Shown here: positions 21,197-31,110 of the stretch, in pieces | Layout of the letters: every line of letters begins with the position of its first letter | How positions within the stretch are numbered: the stretch's first letter is position 1 | Origin: an uncultured Clostridia bacterium | GTDB lineage: Bacteria > Bacillota > Clostridia > TANB77 > CAG-508 | DNA: 55,554 nucleotides | Assembly (NCBI GenBank): GCA_947599825.1 | Contig: CANQFS010000005.1 | Span: 1 to 55,554, forward strand | Direction of reading: 5' to 3' | Position numbers and translations under genes: made by a program | The notes under the pieces: generated by a model | What the model was told of the DNA's origin: nothing | Seen by the model: the letters and a program-made list of their open reading frames with translations, nothing else | Databases searched by the model: none

Positions 21197-23380
21197 TTAG
21201 TTAAAGTTTTCTCTTACATATTCTAAAGCATCGTCAACTGTTACTACCTCTGAACCATTACTAGTTCTCAATACATTTCCTTCTTTATCTCTAAATTTTT
21301 CATCATATTCTATATAGCAATCTTTTCCATCTATTTTATCTATATATGCAATAGAATCAGGATTATCTAGATATCCATAGCCAAATTTATAACTTGCTCT
21401 ATCTTTTAACAAATTTTTCAATACAAAACTATAAAATTCTGCATATCCTGCATTTAATTTATATTTTTTATATAAAATAATTTTCTTTTTATTATTTTCT
21501 TCTATTTCCTTATAACGATTTTCCTTCATACTCTCAAATAGCTCTGGAACCTTTATTAAATAATATCTAAATGTATCTGTTTTATCATCATAATTTTCTA
21601 TCAGTTCTTCTAAAATTTCAGTAATATTTTGCTTCTGTTTTAATGCTTCTTTTATATATTCAAAGAATTTTTGAAAAATATTAAATGATTTATTTTCTCT
21701 AAGTAAATCTCTAAAGTCAAAATATCTGTTTCCTCCTTCAAAAAAGAAGGTTTTACTAGAATTGGCCCATATTGCATAATTTCCAAAAATTAAAAGAGCT
21801 CTTTTAAATAAGTTATCTTTATTTTGGTTATATATTTCATTATAAAATCTCGTAATTAGATTCCATGTATCATTAAATTCTTCTAATTTTAAATGTTCAA
21901 TTGTATTATAGTTATCTATATCTGCTCCTATTAATTTTAATGCAAAGGCTATCTGACCTTCAAAGTAGTCATGATTTTCAGCCTCTACAATTCTTTCTTT
22001 CCATCTTGCATCTTTTTTTATTAATTTACATTTATATATTTCTTCTTTTACTTGTAAATCAGCAAAAAATTTAATATCTTTGCTATCTAATTCTTGTGCA
22101 AAATAAGTGTTACTATCCATTAATAATTTATTACTCATTGAATTTATGCTTTTACATGCATCTATAAATCTATTTTCTGCATCTATTGGAGTATTATTAA
22201 TTAGATTATTTATTATTCTATACCAACTAGAAAAACTATCTATATCCCAGTTTTCAATTGTTACGGCATATTTAGTAATTGCAAATAAGATAACTCTATC
22301 TTTTATTTCTAAATCATCATGAATCTTTAATTTATCAAAAAGTCTACTTGTAATTTCATCATATTTTTCCTTATAATTATTTTGCATATATTCTAAAAAT
22401 TGAAAAGTTTTATATATATCATCTATAGTGTCTTTTAAAAATACTTCATAATTATCATAAATAAAAAATATATTTTTGTTAATATTATCTATTAATTTTT
22501 CATCATAGTTATCTTTATTTGGTATAGCCCTATTATATATAATAGCTCTAATTAAGTTAAGAAATAATGTGTCACTGTATGTATATGGTTCTTCAATTGA
22601 ATTCCAAATCATATTAGTCCATTCGTTGTCTATTTTTTGCTTAAACTTTGGCCATTTACTAGCATCATTATTATCAATATATTTAAAGAATTCAGATTTA
22701 AATGCTTCAAAATCAGTTAATGCTTTACCTCTAGAGTTCATTTTTATGTATAAATCATTTTCTTTCCCCATATTTTCAATAAATAACGACATGAAAACAA
22801 TAGGACAATCATCACTAATTAGTTTTAATGAAAAATCTTCAATATCTCCAAAAATTTCTTCAATTTCTTTTAATACTACTAAACAAGATTTAACAGAAGG
22901 GTCTACTAACCAAGTATTTGAAAACCAATCTGCATCTAAAATAAATTCTTCAATGTTATCATATTGCTTTTCTTCAAAATATGCAGGTAGATTTTTAGTA
23001 AGCTTTTCTAGAAATCTTTTAGTTGTTATTCTGGTTTCATAGGTGAATTTTTCTTGTAATATTTTTAAATTATCAGAATATTGTTTTTCTTTTGCAAAAG
23101 CAAAAGTATGAATTAAAAATAAAGTAGTTAATCTTTGTTGTCCATCAATAGGAATAAAGCATTCTGAATCTACTTTTCCATAAATGAAGTTAAGGTCTAT
23201 TGTTTTTTGATTGTTTCTTAACGCTTCTGCTATATCTAAAAGTAAAGTTTTTCTTGTATGCTCTACTTGCTCTGTAGTTCTTCCTTGAACATAATCTCTT
23301 TGAATATTTGGTATTTTAATCATTTTATAGCTTGTATCATTCATTAATTTCCAAAACGTCGTTTTAATTCCTATTTCCAT
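21197..23380 (-). CDS. DUF262 (GmrS/ParB-like) domain protein
   Basis: IPNIQRDYVQGR, PIDGQQRLTTL and YIKMNSRGKALTDFEAFKS motifs; overlaps the upstream gene stop. Confidence 0.85.
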   Translation of the reverse strand: MEIGIKTTFWKLMNDTSYKMIKIPNIQRDYVQGRTTEQVEHTRKTLLLDIAEALRNNQKTIDLNFIYGKVDSECFIPIDGQQRLTTLFLIHTFAFAKEKQYSDNLKILQEKFTYETRITTKRFLEKLTKNLPAYFEEKQYDNIEEFILDADWFSNTWLVDPSVKSCLVVLKEIEEIFGDIEDFSLKLISDDCPIVFMSLFIENMGKENDLYIKMNSRGKALTDFEAFKSEFFKYIDNNDASKWPKFKQKIDNEWTNMIWNSIEEPYTYSDTLFLNLIRAIIYNRAIPNKDNYDEKLIDNINKNIFFIYDNYEVFLKDTIDDIYKTFQFLEYMQNNYKEKYDEITSRLFDKLKIHDDLEIKDRVILFAITKYAVTIENWDIDSFSSWYRIINNLINNTPIDAENRFIDACKSINSMSNKLLMDSNTYFAQELDSKDIKFFADLQVKEEIYKCKLIKKDARWKERIVEAENHDYFEGQIAFALKLIGADIDNYNTIEHLKLEEFNDTWNLITRFYNEIYNQNKDNLFKRALLIFGNYAIWANSSKTFFFEGGNRYFDFRDLLRENKSFNIFQKFFEYIKEALKQKQNITEILEELIENYDDKTDTFRYYLIKVPELFESMKENRYKEIEENNKKKIILYKKYKLNAGYAEFYSFVLKNLLKDRASYKFGYGYLDNPDSIAYIDKIDGKDCYIEYDEKFRDKEGNVLRTSNGSEVVTVDDALEYVRENFN

Positions 23381-25335
23381 AGTTTTGCTTCCTCCTCTAG
23401 CGTTTCTTTTATTGCATTAAAATAATCTTCTGAATCTTCATTTGACCATTTCATATAATTTGCTACATTTTTTGAGTACATTTTTAAAAACACATTTTTT
23501 GTGCATACTGGAATAAAGACTTCTCCTTTATCTCTTTCTATAATTATTTTTCTTTTTATTGGGAATAACGCATTGTGATAAGATCTATTTGTTTGATAAT
23601 CTAATAGAGTTAAATTGCCAAGATTATTTTCGTCAAAATTTCCACAAACATCTGTCTGTTTTATGAAAAAATCAAAAAAGGCTTTTCCATCTATTTCTTT
23701 ATCTTTTTTGTTTTTTAAGTTTTCAGCAATAAATTTATCTATTTCTTCTATTTGTGCATCATATCCAATTTGTAAAAATTGATTTTTTAAATCTTCTAAT
23801 AGGCTAATCATTTTTTCTTTATTTTTTAGCTTTCGCACTTCTTGTTCTGTTGCTCTTGCATGAATATGTTCTATGTCCCATGAATTTGTTTTATATTGTT
23901 TAAAAGAAAATTTACTCTCTGTTTTGCTTTGAATCATAGTAAACACATTAAAAAATAGTAAAACATTTTTTATTTTCTTTCTATCTCTTGTATAATCTAG
24001 CTCATCTAAGTTTACTTTTTCAAACACTTTTTTTACATCTTTTAGTATTGTTTCTTTTATTTCTGATTTCTTTAGTCCTTTTATCTCAGATGTTAAATCT
24101 TCTATATATTTACCATTTTCCGCAGTTGCAATTAAAAAACCAATATAATGATAAAGTTCGTTATCATTATACCAAGTTTTTAATGTATCATGAATTTGCA
24201 CTATTTCTTCCCATAATTCTTTTTGTTTTTTAAAAAAGTCTTTGCCATCATTTTTACTTAAATAGGAATTAATAGCTAAAAATGAAAATAAATTATCTCT
24301 TTCTAAAATATTTTCATCTATTAGATTTTCTTTCTTTAATTGTTTTGCTCTAAGCTCCAATAAAAAGTCAATTTGTGATCTTGTTCCTTTTTTCTCATTT
24401 GAAATGAAATACCAAAAATCATCGTCATTTAAAGATTGTTCTATTTTATCCCATTCAAATGCTATTTGTTCTATATATTTTTTAACTTCTTCATATTTTT
24501 CTTTATCTATTACTTCATCATATGTAATGCTGTTTGTGTTAAATAATTGTGCTTTCAATGATTCTGCATTTGTTACTGCTATTTTTTCATTATTTATTTT
24601 TCCAAAATCTAAAGCTATTTGCCCTATATAATTTTTAACTTCTTCATATTTTTCTTTATCTATTATTTCATTAAATGTAATACTGTTTGTGTTAAGTAAT
24701 TGCGCTTTAAATAATTCTGCGTTCGTTAGTGCTATTTTTCCATTATTTATTTTTCGAAATATATCTTCTGAATCTGTTTCATTTGGCACTTCATACCAAA
24801 TGAATTGCACACATTTTTCTATTTTTTGTTTTATATCTGCTTTTTTATTATTTTCATCTATTCCAAAGCTTGAAAACCAGTTTTCAATTGTTTTCTTAGC
24901 TTCACCTAAATAATATTTATCAACATTTCTTTCTGTTTCATAATAAATACTATAATCTGGATTACTATATGTTGAATTACAACAATTTAAGATAAGCCAA
25001 ATTGTAGTTAATCTTTGTTGTCCATCTATTAGTTCCCAATTTTGAGAATTTTCATTTATTATTTCATTATTATAATTTATATTTAGTATTTTACTTAAGC
25101 TTCTTGAACTTTCTATTTCTTCTATAGGCTTTACTATTAATGGTTGCAAGCAATATTTAAGTTTGTGATTTTCGTCATCAAAATTATTTATATCATTTAA
25201 AAGGTCTTGAACTTGTTTTGACTCCCATCTATACCCTCTTTGATAGTCTTTTATATAAAATTTGTTTTCTAATAGACAACTTGCATTATTTCCTTCATCT
25301 TCTGGTAATATAGTTTTTGTTAATAACTTAGACAT
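23371..25335 (-). CDS. DUF262 plus DUF1524 (HNH) GmrSD-like nuclease
   Basis: YQRGYRW, LIDGQQRLTT, FRKINNGKIALTNAELFKA, WDIEHIH and NNLGNLTLL..N motifs. Confidence 0.88.
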   Translation of the reverse strand: MSKLLTKTILPEDEGNNASCLLENKFYIKDYQRGYRWESKQVQDLLNDINNFDDENHKLKYCLQPLIVKPIEEIESSRSLSKILNINYNNEIINENSQNWELIDGQQRLTTIWLILNCCNSTYSNPDYSIYYETERNVDKYYLGEAKKTIENWFSSFGIDENNKKADIKQKIEKCVQFIWYEVPNETDSEDIFRKINNGKIALTNAELFKAQLLNTNSITFNEIIDKEKYEEVKNYIGQIALDFGKINNEKIAVTNAESLKAQLFNTNSITYDEVIDKEKYEEVKKYIEQIAFEWDKIEQSLNDDDFWYFISNEKKGTRSQIDFLLELRAKQLKKENLIDENILERDNLFSFLAINSYLSKNDGKDFFKKQKELWEEIVQIHDTLKTWYNDNELYHYIGFLIATAENGKYIEDLTSEIKGLKKSEIKETILKDVKKVFEKVNLDELDYTRDRKKIKNVLLFFNVFTMIQSKTESKFSFKQYKTNSWDIEHIHARATEQEVRKLKNKEKMISLLEDLKNQFLQIGYDAQIEEIDKFIAENLKNKKDKEIDGKAFFDFFIKQTDVCGNFDENNLGNLTLLDYQTNRSYHNALFPIKRKIIIERDKGEVFIPVCTKNVFLKMYSKNVANYMKWSNEDSEDYFNAIKETLEEEAKLWK

Positions 25336-25350
25336 ATTTTTTCTCCTTTT

Positions 25351-25827
25351 TTATAATGTTCTATAATTATTTTTATCAGCTCTCTCATCTAATTTTCTGT
25401 CATAGTCTTTGTTTTTATAAAACCAATCTGTTTCTTTATCTATTGGATTTTTCATTCTTGCTCTATCAAATAAAATATCAAATACAACTACTACACCTAA
25501 AGTAATAGCAATTAAGTCAATTAGCATTTGTAGATATGTATTTACTCCTAATGTTTCTTGATTTATTATTGCCATTACGTTTGAAAGCAAGTTTGGGCCA
25601 AAATACCAGCCATATACTCCTAAATATATTATTCCTGCCAATATTTTTCTTTTAAAAATGAATGGTATTAATGCTAGTACAACAAATAATAGAATAATTT
25701 CTGTTGTAATATTTGTTGGCTTAAAAATAAATTCTGCGTCCATTTGCCCCATAACAGCAACTAATACTCTAAACCCCCAAAACATAATAATAAAAAATGT
25801 GATTAACCAACTACTTAAATTTTTCAT
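25351..25827 (-). CDS. Membrane protein (about 4 TM segments)
   Basis: Hydrophobic segments; basic tail DRKLDERADKNNYRTL. Confidence 0.75.
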   Translation of the reverse strand: MKNLSSWLITFFIIMFWGFRVLVAVMGQMDAEFIFKPTNITTEIILLFVVLALIPFIFKRKILAGIIYLGVYGWYFGPNLLSNVMAIINQETLGVNTYLQMLIDLIAITLGVVVVFDILFDRARMKNPIDKETDWFYKNKDYDRKLDERADKNNYRTL

Positions 25828-25894
25828 ATTTTCTCTTTCCTTTCGTTCATTATAATATTTATTTGTATCATACATAGTAGCTTACAAAACAAAT

Positions 25895-25917
25895 GGGGTT
25901 GGAATAGTTCCAACCCC
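25895..25917. terminator. GC-rich hairpin after the DUF1292 gene
   Basis: GGGGTTGGAA-TAG-TTCCAACCCC. Confidence 0.6.
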
Positions 25918-25929
25918 CGCCTTTTGTTT

Positions 25930-26229
25930 TTATTCTTCTTCATCATCAATAAAGTTAAACTCATCTTTAAATTTTTCTTTGAATATTTCAAATACTTTAT
26001 TTAAAATTTCATCGTCATCAACACTAACATAAGATTCTTCATCTTCTGATTCTGTGTCTTCTACTTTTAGAATAACAACTTCTCCTGCTTCTTCTTCATC
26101 TTCCTCTTCTACTGGAAGTAATACAACATATTCTTCTCCATCTAGTTCAATTAAATCTAAGAATTCGAATGGAACTTCTTCTCCATTTTCATCGTTTAAT
26201 ACAAGTATATTGTCATCTTCTTCATTCAT
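25930..26229 (-). CDS. DUF1292 family acidic protein
   Basis: LNDENGEEVPFEFLDLIELDGEEYVVLLP; lies after ruvX as is usual in Firmicutes. Confidence 0.9.
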   Translation of the reverse strand: MNEEDDNILVLNDENGEEVPFEFLDLIELDGEEYVVLLPVEEEDEEEAGEVVILKVEDTESEDEESYVSVDDDEILNKVFEIFKEKFKDEFNFIDDEEE

Positions 26230-26348
26230 TTTTATTTTCTCCTTTCAAATTTATATATTATATTGTATTTCTACAATTTTAATATTCTTTTCGTTTAGTA
26301 TTTGTTATTTTTGTTTATCATATACTATTTTCTTTTTTTATGCAATAT

Positions 26349-26777
26349 TTATTCTTGCTTATTTTCTATTTTTTTCATATAAGTTTCTAATATATATACA
26401 GCAGATATTGTATCTACTATGTTTTTCTTTTTTTTGTTGTCTATATTTAAGAAATTCATTGTTTTATGTGCTTCTACTGTAGTAAGCCTTTCGTCAATTG
26501 TTTCTATTTTGATTTTTGGAAATCTACATTTTAGCTTATGAATAAATTTTTCTGTTAATTCTACTCTTTCTGCTTTTGAACCATTCATATTTATAGGCAT
26601 TCCAACTACAAATGTATCTATTTCATATTCATTTAAAAATTCTTCTAGTCTTTTTAAGATTATTTTATCATTTCCTTGATGGTGAATTGTTTCTATTCCT
26701 TGGGCAGTAATGTTTAGGGCATCTGTCATAGCAATTCCTACTCTTGCATCTCCATAATCAATTCCTAATTTTCTCAT
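26349..26777 (-). CDS. ruvX: RuvX/YqgF pre-16S rRNA nuclease
   Basis: LGIDYGDARVGIA, VVGMP, DERLTT and VDTISAVYILETY motifs. Confidence 0.93.
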   Translation of the reverse strand: MRKLGIDYGDARVGIAMTDALNITAQGIETIHHQGNDKIILKRLEEFLNEYEIDTFVVGMPINMNGSKAERVELTEKFIHKLKCRFPKIKIETIDERLTTVEAHKTMNFLNIDNKKKKNIVDTISAVYILETYMKKIENKQE

Positions 26778-26835
26778 TTTTTATTCCATTTCTTTCTTGC
26801 TTAGCACAATGAACTTATAGTATTAGCAATAATTT

Positions 26836-27090
26836 TTAGTCTTCCATTCCTATATAATTTTTCACCATTTTTTCTAATAGCTCGTCTCTTTCAATTTGAC
26901 GAATTAGATTTCTAGCACCTTTGTGGCTTGTAATATAAGTTGGATCTCCTGATAAAATATAACCTACTATTTGATTTATTGGGTTATATCCTTTTTCTGT
27001 TAAGGCTTCATATACTTCTTTTAATATTTCTTTTGTCTGCGCCTTTTCTTGTTTTGGTTTTTGAAAAAACATGGTTTCGTCATTAGTCAT
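26836..27090 (-). CDS. ireB: IreB/ReoM (UPF0297) regulatory phosphoprotein
   Basis: [31 protein letters not shown]. Confidence 0.93.
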   Translation of the reverse strand: MTNDETMFFQKPKQEKAQTKEILKEVYEALTEKGYNPINQIVGYILSGDPTYITSHKGARNLIRQIERDELLEKMVKNYIGMED

Positions 27091-27117
27091 TTCTGTGATA
27101 CCTCCTTTTTGGATAAC

Positions 27118-28215
27118 TTATATGTAATTAATTTGGCTTTCCTCTTGTGGTGCAGAATCTAAGTAATCTTCTAATTTATGAGTTGTTCCTTCTAACGCAG
27201 TTCCTTTATAGTAAGTAGTAATAGCAACATTAATTTTTGGTTCTGCTGTTTTTGCATTTTCATTTTCAAATAAGTCTTCTTCTGCTTGTTCTATTTTTAA
27301 TTTTTCTATTTGATTTTTTATTTCTGTTATAAAGTTAGAGGTTCCTTCTGTGCCAATTCCAGAAAATACAATTACAAATTTAGGACCCATATATCTTACA
27401 AAAATATATTCTGATGCAATGTTTTTTCTTACTATGTCACTTATTTTTGCAATTACTTGGTTTCCTGTGTGTCTTCCTAATGTTTCATTGATGTCTACAA
27501 TGTTAGTTATTTCAAACATGCATACTGCTGAAGTATCATATTCATCAATTTTTCGTTTTCCTTCACCATATAAATATTCTTCTGATTTTAAACCTGTAAA
27601 TTCATCATCTCTAACAATATTTTCAATAACATTTTGCTTTTCTATTGTTCTAATTACAGAAATAATATTATTTTTTACAACTTCTAATATAGTTGTATCA
27701 ATGTTGTCAAAGTCGTGTGGTTTTCCACTTTCAATAATCCAGTAACCAATATAGATATTATCAATATATAGAGGGAAAAACATAGCTGACTTAGCTCTTC
27801 CAAATTCCATTTTTTGATAAGGAAGTCTTTCCCCTTCTTTATCTACAGTGATATATTTTGGAGTTGCTGTTTCGATACTATCCTTAAAAATTTGCTCTGT
27901 ATGCAAATTTTTAAGAGTATCCCAGTGTTTTTCATCTACATTTGTAGCTTTAATGGTATACTCTGCACCATTATATACTACAATTGTAGAATATTTAATA
28001 TCATATTTTTCAATTAAAATACTGTTTATTTTTTCTATTTTTTCATCTGCTGTTTTTTCTTCACTAATTGTATCCATGAATTCTTGTAATACATTTAAAC
28101 TAACGATTTTTTGATTTAAATTGCTAAATGTATCTATTTTTTTGTGTACTGACATATTGTATAGCATTAGGAACACAATAATGATTACTAATAGTATAAT
28201 AATTGCTATAATCAA
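27118..28215 (-). CDS. Membrane-anchored GAF plus degenerate GGDEF domain protein
   Basis: N-terminal TM segment; GAF-like region; RDDEFTGL, INETLGRHTGNQVI; RYMGPKF where RxGGDEF is expected. Confidence 0.75.
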   Translation of the reverse strand: MIIAIIILLVIIIVFLMLYNMSVHKKIDTFSNLNQKIVSLNVLQEFMDTISEEKTADEKIEKINSILIEKYDIKYSTIVVYNGAEYTIKATNVDEKHWDTLKNLHTEQIFKDSIETATPKYITVDKEGERLPYQKMEFGRAKSAMFFPLYIDNIYIGYWIIESGKPHDFDNIDTTILEVVKNNIISVIRTIEKQNVIENIVRDDEFTGLKSEEYLYGEGKRKIDEYDTSAVCMFEITNIVDINETLGRHTGNQVIAKISDIVRKNIASEYIFVRYMGPKFVIVFSGIGTEGTSNFITEIKNQIEKLKIEQAEEDLFENENAKTAEPKINVAITTYYKGTALEGTTHKLEDYLDSAPQEESQINYI

Positions 28216-28238
28216 GGCTTATACCTCCATCTCTATTT

Positions 28239-30536
28239 CTAATTATTTCTTCTCATTTTATCTAAAGTAGAATTAGTACTGTTTGAAAAAACGTTGGTTT
28301 CGTATTTACCGTATTTTGGATTTTGATATTTTTGTTTTTTATTGTTTTTTCCACTTTCAATTAGAGGGTATACCATACTTCCTAATTTTTTCAATGCTTG
28401 ATTAAATTCTTTTGAATAACCTTGCATAGAAATATTACAGTTTATTAATCCTTCTAAATATTTTGCATATACTTGACTATCAAATGGTATAGTGCAATAA
28501 GGTATTGTTTCCCTATTAAATAATTCTGTCATAAAAGACATTGCAGGGTCATTATAAAATGCCATTCCTCCAATGATTGCTTTTTCTGTTACACCTCTTA
28601 CTCTTGTATATTGATTAATTACTACTCTTAATTTGCTTTGTTCTAAAGCACCTTTTGCTTTTAAATCTCTTAAATAAGCTGTTAATGGTTGAATTGTTAA
28701 TACGTCCATATTTTGTACTAAATAAATTTCTTGTGCTTGGACTAAATATTCATATTGAGTAGAGAAATCGCAATCTAATAAAATAAGTGAGTAATTTCTT
28801 GTTAATGTTTGCAATATTGTTCGATAATTTTCTGTAGATGTATTTTCTCCAGGTAAAGAAGTGTATACATCTAAATTGTTATTTACTTTTATTCCTTGTG
28901 CTACTCCTTGTGTTAATTTTTCTATACAAGAAAATGCAAGTTGTCTTAATTCTTCGTCATTTTTTGTATAAATGTAGTAAGAATTTCTATTTTTGGTTAA
29001 ATCTAAAATTGCTGTTTTTATTCCTTGTTGTGACATAAGTTCTGCTATGTTGTTTACTAAGAAAGATGTTCCATTTTTTGTAGTTCCTACAAATGCTACT
29101 ATTTTGTTGTTTCCAGTTATAGCATTTTCAAAATTCATTGTTGAATTTGTTCCATAAATTGATTGAAGGTCTTGCACATCTTCATTTGGATTATATTGTG
29201 TTTGTGTGTTTGTATAAGAATTTTGCATATCTTCTGTTGAATCGAATCCTGGCAAAACTGATGATTCTTGCTCATCAAAATTTTCAAAACCTGGTAATGT
29301 ATTATCATCTTCTACCGTATCAAAACCTGGTAACATATTTTCTTCTGATTGTTCTTCAAAGCCTGGTAACATGTTTTCTTCTGATTGTTCTTCAAAGCTT
29401 GGTAACATATTTTCCTCTGGTTCTTCTTCAAAGCCTGGTAATATTGAATCTTCGCCAAAATTTGATAAATCGTTTTCTTCACTCTTTTTTGGTCTACCTC
29501 TTCTTTTCTTTGCTGGTTCTTCCATTGTTGTTTCTTGTGGCTGTGCTTGTACTTTTTTTGGTCTTCCTCTTCTCTTTGGGGTCTCTTGTATTTCTTCTAT
29601 TTGTGGAATTTCTTCTTCATTTTGGTTTATAATATTTTGTGCATTATTTACAGTTTCTACTTTTTCTACTCTTTTTACTTGAGCAACTGGTGGAATTATT
29701 ACAGGTTTTGTTATTTTCTTTTCTCCACTTGGAATAGATTCTACTTTAATACCTGAATTGCTAATTGCTTTGTCTGTATTGTTTTTCATTTTTGTTTTAT
29801 TTTTTGATTGAGTTTGACTTGATTTGCCTCTATTTCCTGCACCAAAAGCCATTAATTGTTGGTATTTTGGACTACTTTCCTCTAATACTGCTTTTACATT
29901 TAATGGTAAAAATTTTATAATAACCTTTAATTGTGCATCTGTATATTGAGAAGCAATACTATCAAAGCTTTCTGCATATCTATCTTCATTTCTTCCTAAA
30001 CGTTTATAATGTGCCAAAATATTTTGAATTTCTGTTTCACTAACATCTGTTTCAGTTTCTGGCTTATATTCTACATCGTTAGAGTCTATGTTATAATAAA
30101 TTTTTGCTTCTTTTTTAGAACGTGGTTTATGAATTAGCTTACAAACTTCTTCAATACTTCTATCTTGTCCTAATAATGCGCTGTATACACCAATTCCAAA
30201 TAATTTTATTAATAAATTGTCTGTTTTTGTACGCCTTTCTGTGGCAATTAAAATAATTGGTATATCTTCTCCTGCAGGCGAAACTGCTTCATCTGAAATA
30301 CTATCTAATTTTTCAAAAATGAAATTATCAATTGCTTCATAATTGTTATTTGTAAATGGCTCTAAATCTTCATTAATAACAATACAATCATAAGATTTAT
30401 CTTTTTGTATTTCTTTTAAAATAGCATTAAAATAATATACATTTTTACTTAAAATAATTTCCTTATACATTTGTTGATATTTTTTTACAATAGATTCTGA
30501 AACAGCTTCATTATTGACTGCAAATAAAACTTTCAT
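28239..30536 (-). CDS. Multidomain protein: receiver-like N-terminus, AT-hook-like motifs, acidic LPGF repeats, degenerate ParA/MinD/CpaE-like ATPase
   Basis: MKVLFAV start; KRRGRPKK twice; repeated ENMLPGFEEQS; IVAFVGTTKNGTSFL, AILDL and ILLDCDF. Confidence 0.65.
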   Translation of the reverse strand: MKVLFAVNNEAVSESIVKKYQQMYKEIILSKNVYYFNAILKEIQKDKSYDCIVINEDLEPFTNNNYEAIDNFIFEKLDSISDEAVSPAGEDIPIILIATERRTKTDNLLIKLFGIGVYSALLGQDRSIEEVCKLIHKPRSKKEAKIYYNIDSNDVEYKPETETDVSETEIQNILAHYKRLGRNEDRYAESFDSIASQYTDAQLKVIIKFLPLNVKAVLEESSPKYQQLMAFGAGNRGKSSQTQSKNKTKMKNNTDKAISNSGIKVESIPSGEKKITKPVIIPPVAQVKRVEKVETVNNAQNIINQNEEEIPQIEEIQETPKRRGRPKKVQAQPQETTMEEPAKKRRGRPKKSEENDLSNFGEDSILPGFEEEPEENMLPSFEEQSEENMLPGFEEQSEENMLPGFDTVEDDNTLPGFENFDEQESSVLPGFDSTEDMQNSYTNTQTQYNPNEDVQDLQSIYGTNSTMNFENAITGNNKIVAFVGTTKNGTSFLVNNIAELMSQQGIKTAILDLTKNRNSYYIYTKNDEELRQLAFSCIEKLTQGVAQGIKVNNNLDVYTSLPGENTSTENYRTILQTLTRNYSLILLDCDFSTQYEYLVQAQEIYLVQNMDVLTIQPLTAYLRDLKAKGALEQSKLRVVINQYTRVRGVTEKAIIGGMAFYNDPAMSFMTELFNRETIPYCTIPFDSQVYAKYLEGLINCNISMQGYSKEFNQALKKLGSMVYPLIESGKNNKKQKYQNPKYGKYETNVFSNSTNSTLDKMRRNN

Positions 30537-30539
30537 TTG

Positions 30540-30962
30540 TTACCCCCTCCAACCTTTAACTACAATTGCAAATATTAATGGTAATACTTGCGCTATGATA
30601 AATATAGTGATAATAGATATCATTATAGCAAAGCCTTTATCTCTTGTATCTAATTTACGAATTCCTAATACGTATTGATAAATTGCACTAATGGCAATTC
30701 CTACAAAACAAAGTGGTATACTACATATTTGTACTTTATTTAATATGTATGCCGTAAACCCGTAGGTTTCTGAGCCATACGATGCAATATAATCTTCTAG
30801 TGTTTTCTTTTCATTATCTTTCATTTCGACTAATTGATTAACTGTTTCGCTATGTGTTTGCACTTGATTATTATTCTGCGTTGTTTTTACATTGGTTGCT
30901 AGTACAGTACTACCCGAAACAATGCAAAGCATTATTGCTAATAGTATGCCTATTTTTTTCAT
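30540..30962 (-). CDS. Secreted or membrane protein, possibly TrbC/VirB2 pilin-like
   Basis: Signal peptide plus two C-terminal hydrophobic helices separated by a basic loop. Confidence 0.5.
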   Translation of the reverse strand: MKKIGILLAIMLCIVSGSTVLATNVKTTQNNNQVQTHSETVNQLVEMKDNEKKTLEDYIASYGSETYGFTAYILNKVQICSIPLCFVGIAISAIYQYVLGIRKLDTRDKGFAIMISIITIFIIAQVLPLIFAIVVKGWRG

Positions 30963-31110
30963 TTATAATGCTCCTTTCTAATATTTCTTATTTCTTCCAT
31001 TTTTAAGCATAAATATTACTTATAATATAATACACTAACTTTAAGAAAATAGCAAGAAAATGTTGCTATTTTTTTTATTTTCTTTTTGTTTTGTTACATA
31101 TTAAATATTT

